DNA from: an uncultured Nitrososphaerales archaeon
GTDB lineage: Archaea > Thermoproteota > Nitrososphaeria > Nitrososphaerales > Nitrososphaeraceae
DNA length: 64,000 nt
Assembly: GCA_963695855.1 (NCBI GenBank)
Contig: CAVOHZ010000010.1
Coordinates: 1,504,001-1,568,000, forward strand
Direction: 5' to 3'
The notes beneath the pieces are model-generated. The model searched no databases, was not told where the DNA came from, and saw only the letters and a program-made list of their open reading frames with translations. Below are positions 59,546 to 64,000 of this stretch, piece after piece (positions within the stretch are counted from its first letter, which is position 1; every line of letters begins with the position of its first letter). The position numbers and the translations under genes were made by a program.

Positions 59546-61374
59546 TCGCCCCTGGCAGTTTTTGCACTAAATTTAACATCGTTTCCGTAATCCTGATATA
59601 AATCAGGAGACTCTTCAGATGAAGTAAGTTGCACTACTGGAATCAGAGCAGTTTTAATATCTTCTATACTTTTTATAGTACCATTTGCATTACCAGCCAA
59701 AATATGATCTATCCACAAGCTCAATGGTTCATTAGATTTTTCTTGTTTATATAATTCCACTATTTTCTGAATAACTTCTATGACTCTTTTGGCAGGTACA
59801 CGCATAATGGCTTTCCCCAATTTAGATTCTTCCTCCGAGCTTCCTCCAAACAGCATGGTATATACTGGTGCCATTGTATCACCTATTCTTGCCGCACCTC
59901 CAAAAAATCCGATGGTTGCAATCTCATGTTGTCCACAGGAATTAGGACATCCACTTATTTTGATTGTCGAAGTACGGAGACTGTCATCAATATCAAAACC
60001 TAGCTCTAAAAGATTACGTTGCACTTCCTTTGCCAATCTGTGAGAATTGGTGATTGCCAGATTGCAAGATGTAGTACCCGAACAACCTACTGCTGACGTT
60101 ATTGTCAACGCACCGGGATTTCCCATTCCACTACTATTTAATCTTTTATAAACCTTGGACAAATCATTGTAATGAACATATCGTATTGCGAAATTTTGTT
60201 GGGGTGTATTTCTTGCAACACCTTCAATAGAAAAGTCGCGAATAAGTACGGCCAAAGATCTTAGTTGATTTGCAGTTATATCACCTGCTCCTAAGGTTAC
60301 AAATATTGTGAAGTATCCTTTTTGCTTCTGTGTTACAGTATTTGTGTGTAACCAGCGATCATATCCAGAACTATCTAAGGAAATGGATTCGCTGACAAGT
60401 GGCAATTTACTATTTAACTTCGGGGCTTTGGAAAGTGACATCTGAAAAGAATCATAGTTGAATTGTTGTATTGCAAAAAGATCACGTGTAGATTCAGAAA
60501 TTGTCATCTGCATTATTTTTCTTTCCTTCAAGATTAATTTTTGAAATTTCTCCCATCCTATTTCATTTACCAAATATCGCATTCTATTTCTAGCCATGTT
60601 TTCTCTATTTCCATGTCTGTCGAATATCCTGATAGTAGCCATACAAGTTGATAGAAGATGGTCTTCTGGAGTAAAATCTTCCAACAGATGACCTATAAAT
60701 GAAGCGGCTCCTAGACCGCCACCAAGATATATTCTAAATCCTTTTTTTCCATCTTTTATATCAGGAATCAAACCTATGTCTGCTATCCTAACAAGACCGT
60801 GTTTATCACAGCAACCAAAATTAATTTTGAACTTACGTGGTAAATTTTGAGATATAGGATTACGTAAAAAGAACTTTGCTAGTGCTTTGGAATAAGGAGT
60901 AGCATCAAACATTTCGCCAGAACAGACACCAGCAAAATGGCTACACATGATATTTCTTACAGTATTACCACAGGCTTCTCTAGTGGTCAAACCAACTTCA
61001 ACTAATCCCCTCATAACCTCACTTACATCTTCTAACTGTACCCAATGTAGCTGAATATTTTGTCTAGTTGAAACATGAGCAGATCCTATAGAAAAAGATT
61101 CTGATAATTGTGCGATCTTCTCAAGCTGGTTTGGAGTTATTTCACCACCAGGAACTTTGATACGTATCATACTGTAATCTGGACGCAACCTAGAACCATA
61201 TGCACCATGTTGAAGTCTATATCTTCTAAAATCATCATCAGATAATTTTTCTTGACGATATAATTTAACTTGATTAGCAAAAGTGTCAGTTTCCTTTTCT
61301 AAACCCCATTTTTCATCAGGTCTAGTAAAAGACTTTGGTTTTTGCTTAATTTTCATGAAATCTTTTGTCTTCAA
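59533..61374 (-). CDS. Ferredoxin-dependent sulfite/nitrite reductase (siroheme)
   Basis: STRQNIQ, LPRKFK, C.G...C and GCPNSC Fe-S/siroheme ligands. Confidence 0.92.
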   Translation of the reverse strand: MKTKDFMKIKQKPKSFTRPDEKWGLEKETDTFANQVKLYRQEKLSDDDFRRYRLQHGAYGSRLRPDYSMIRIKVPGGEITPNQLEKIAQLSESFSIGSAHVSTRQNIQLHWVQLEDVSEVMRGLVEVGLTTREACGNTVRNIMCSHFAGVCSGEMFDATPYSKALAKFFLRNPISQNLPRKFKINFGCCDKHGLVRIADIGLIPDIKDGKKGFRIYLGGGLGAASFIGHLLEDFTPEDHLLSTCMATIRIFDRHGNRENMARNRMRYLVNEIGWEKFQKLILKERKIMQMTISESTRDLFAIQQFNYDSFQMSLSKAPKLNSKLPLVSESISLDSSGYDRWLHTNTVTQKQKGYFTIFVTLGAGDITANQLRSLAVLIRDFSIEGVARNTPQQNFAIRYVHYNDLSKVYKRLNSSGMGNPGALTITSAVGCSGTTSCNLAITNSHRLAKEVQRNLLELGFDIDDSLRTSTIKISGCPNSCGQHEIATIGFFGGAARIGDTMAPVYTMLFGGSSEEESKLGKAIMRVPAKRVIEVIQKIVELYKQEKSNEPLSLWIDHILAGNANGTIKSIEDIKTALIPVVQLTSSEESPDLYQDYGNDVKFSAKTARGECAA

Positions 61375-61632
61375 TATATTATTGAGTTGTTTGAAACCTT
61401 ATATTTTTTGTGGAATGGTATTTTAAAACAATAGACTTGCAATTCTATGGCAAGTTATTGTATAAATATCATAGTTTATTAAATGGATAATTTTTTGGTT
61501 AAATAATAAAGAAAAGATTTGAAAATCAAAATTTTTTAGAAATAGAATTAATAGTTAGTACATGATACTATTGTTTTTAAAAAGAATTTTTACTTAGTAC
61601 ACTTAAAATCAATAAATATGGGGTTATGTATA

Positions 61633-62166
61633 CTAAATTTTCTCTATAGATTTTCCAGTTGATGAAGGTATTATCTTCATTTTTGCAGATTCAAAATCGA
61701 ATTTTAGTTGTTTTCCTTCAAATATTCTATCTAACGTTATCGCAAGAGCAGCTATTTCGGAATGTGGTTGATTCCCTACGGCAATATTATAATCGGATAT
61801 TCTATAAACTTCGCTTGGAACCTTTTCTGCTCCTATAACTATAAGAAATTGATCCGTATTCTTTTTTATTGCTGGAATAACATCGTCAATGTTTATTCCA
61901 TACATGGTAAGATGAAGAACTGTTCCGCCCTTTTCCTTCCATCTCTTTAGAATATTCTTCCAATTAGTAACTAGTTCAATTTCAAAATTGAACTTGTTAT
62001 ATCCCCATCTATTATTTACGTCAACTAAAGTCGATTTTATTGAATCGTCGATATCAGTCATGTAAAGCTTGCTGCAACCAAAAGCTCTTGCTACCAAGGC
62101 CACATGAGTTGTAGTACGATAATCTCTAACTAATCTATGTCCTAAGCGAAGTATAGCAATATTCAT
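61633..62166 (-). CDS. trm56: tRNA (cytidine(56)-2'-O)-methyltransferase
   Basis: RLGHR..RD.R.TTHV.L.ARAFG, HLTMYG, NQPHSE. Confidence 0.94.
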   Translation of the reverse strand: MNIAILRLGHRLVRDYRTTTHVALVARAFGCSKLYMTDIDDSIKSTLVDVNNRWGYNKFNFEIELVTNWKNILKRWKEKGGTVLHLTMYGINIDDVIPAIKKNTDQFLIVIGAEKVPSEVYRISDYNIAVGNQPHSEIAALAITLDRIFEGKQLKFDFESAKMKIIPSSTGKSIEKI

Positions 62167-63272
62167 TTGAAAAATTTCCTATTGTTTTTCGGAGTAATTT
62201 TATTTCCACATATGATGGTCTCAATTAAATCCTTTAATTTATTGATATTATGTCCATTAGTAGATGAAATTGGCAAAACTATATGTTCAGAATTAGATAA
62301 CCCTAAATCAATCGATTTATCATAAGCATCATTGAGATCAGTTAAATCAATTTTATTAAGTAAATAAATTATTTTACCTGTGGGAACTTGTAATTCATTC
62401 ATTATATTAAGAGAACTATTCAATTTAATTCTGATATCTTTTATTTTTTGACTAATATCTATTACCAATAATATAAGTTTTGAAAATAATAGTTCATGTA
62501 AAGTTGATTTAAAAGCATCGATCATATAAGTAGGTAACTTATTAACGAAACCAACCGTATCTGTTACCAATACTTTGCTTTCATTAAGATTCATAGCACG
62601 TGTAAATGTAGATAATGTAGTAAACATTCCCTGTCCAGTAATCTTGGATTCTCCGGTCAAAGTATTAAATAAAGTAGTCTTACCAGCTGAAGTATAACCT
62701 ACCAATGAAATTATAGGAATACCTATTTTGTTTCTTTGAATGCGGTATAAATTTCTCCTTTTCTCTTCTTTCTCTAATTTCTTCTTTAAAACAGACATAC
62801 GCGATTTGACATCTAACATATAAACATCTGCATCGTATTTGCCTAGACCAAAAAAACCGGGTTGTTCTCCCATTTTAGCTAGTCGAACTTTTTCACGGAT
62901 TCTTATCATTTCGTATCTTAATTGAGCTAATTTGATCTGAATACGAGATTCTGAGTTACTTGCCCTGCGTTCGAAAATCTCTAAAATGATACGCTCCCTA
63001 TCTATAACATCTTTCTTACATAAACTTGCTAAATTATATTGTTGACTAGGCTTTAAAACCTCATCAAAGATAATAACATTTATTTTTAGTTCTTTGAGCA
63101 TGTCATTAACTTCTTGAGCCTTACCTTTTCCTATCCCATATTTTGATTTTGTTATATGTTTCTGTTTAACTATTTTCTCAACCTTATAACCAGCTGCTTC
63201 AGCTAATGATAAAGCTTCGTTGATTGATTCTTCCGTCGGATACGTTATTAAAATTGCATTAGTAATATTCAA
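62163..63272 (-). CDS. hflX: GTPase HflX
   Basis: GYTSAGKTT, FTTL, DTVGF, NKID. Confidence 0.95.
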   Translation of the reverse strand: MNITNAILITYPTEESINEALSLAEAAGYKVEKIVKQKHITKSKYGIGKGKAQEVNDMLKELKINVIIFDEVLKPSQQYNLASLCKKDVIDRERIILEIFERRASNSESRIQIKLAQLRYEMIRIREKVRLAKMGEQPGFFGLGKYDADVYMLDVKSRMSVLKKKLEKEEKRRNLYRIQRNKIGIPIISLVGYTSAGKTTLFNTLTGESKITGQGMFTTLSTFTRAMNLNESKVLVTDTVGFVNKLPTYMIDAFKSTLHELLFSKLILLVIDISQKIKDIRIKLNSSLNIMNELQVPTGKIIYLLNKIDLTDLNDAYDKSIDLGLSNSEHIVLPISSTNGHNINKLKDLIETIICGNKITPKNNRKFFK

Positions 63273-63719
63273 TCAAGTTTCATCTTCATCATCTTCTTCA
63301 ACTAGTCTTTGATACAACTGAATACCCAAAAAACGTTCTATTTTTTTACATAATAATTCATCTGGTTTAATTCCTCCGCTTTCTATTTTTTTAAATAAGA
63401 TGACTTTTTCGTTAATCTTGTTGGCAACATATTCTTGAGTGTAACCTTTTTTCATCCTAGCTTGATGTATAATTTTGGCAAAATCTGGTTTCAATACACT
63501 ATCATCAAAAATATCAATTTTATTAGACCTAATCATGGAAGGTTTTTTAAATGAAGGCTTATCTTGTGTTTGTTTTATAACAAGTTTTTTTGCAGTAGGT
63601 GGTTGATACGCCTTCCCTCGTTTGGAACAAGATAAACATACATTAAAAAGACTACTATCGATAATAACAGTTTTTAGACCTTGTATTGGATTACCACATA
63701 ATTCACAAAAAGATGACAT
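63273..63719 (-). CDS. mbf1: Multiprotein bridging factor aMBF1
   Basis: N-terminal CELCG...C..C Zn ribbon and C-terminal HTH. Confidence 0.9.
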   Translation of the reverse strand: MSSFCELCGNPIQGLKTVIIDSSLFNVCLSCSKRGKAYQPPTAKKLVIKQTQDKPSFKKPSMIRSNKIDIFDDSVLKPDFAKIIHQARMKKGYTQEYVANKINEKVILFKKIESGGIKPDELLCKKIERFLGIQLYQRLVEEDDEDET

Positions 63720-64000
63720 ATATCAACAATACACAGAGCAAGAAATAAAGTCTTTTTCTTTTTGAGATGTAAATATAGTTTAGTATTATTATCCTGCAAT
63801 CTTATTATTTTTCTATGTGTAAAAGAAGCTGGTTTGTATATAATGATCAAATATGAGATACTTAACTTACACTAATCACTAATTCTGGCAGTTGACACAA
63901 CTGGTCTTACCACATCTTAGTCAAGGTAAATATCAAAGATAGTAATATACTAACAAAAAATTTGGATATAATTGATGTACCAAAATCAGATATCATATAT

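Noticed and set aside
30677-61950. Short antisense or nested ORFs inside housekeeping genes (e.g. 31260-31535, 33228-33527, 47147-47539, 59780-60043)
   Set aside because: Shadow frames of well-supported genes, with no motifs of their own.

Overview
AT-rich archaeal chromosome segment from an ammonia-oxidising archaeon (Nitrososphaeraceae, Nitrosocosmicus-like, judged from the AmoC sequence and gene content). Most of 29-64 kb is housekeeping: cdc48, rpl2, argF, ftsY, pfdA, leuS, alaS, trxA, aspS-gatCAB, an intron-containing tRNA-Phe, ilvA, truD, sulfite reductase, trm56, hflX and mbf1. Two regions stand out. (1) Two apparently identical amoC cassettes form an 805-bp inverted repeat (6127-6931 / 10064-10868). 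They enclose a SagB-type nitroreductase and a secreted protein with 12 perfect 54-bp repeats. (2) An ~11.7-kb, visibly GC-richer integrated element (~16800-28459) is bounded by imperfect inverted repeats that resemble tyrosine-recombinase sites. It carries a structured leader that could hide a ribosome-binding site, a P-loop replication ATPase broken by one amber codon, inverted iteron-like repeats, a PriS-PriX primase, a putative TerS plus an intact TerL with no recognisable capsid, portal or tail gene, three RHH regulators, several Zn-finger proteins, and an integrase frameshifted by a perfect 34-bp duplication. The best candidate for a new system is this capsid-less, terminase-encoding element, possibly an archaeal virus satellite. 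All calls were made by eye from motifs; no searches were run.
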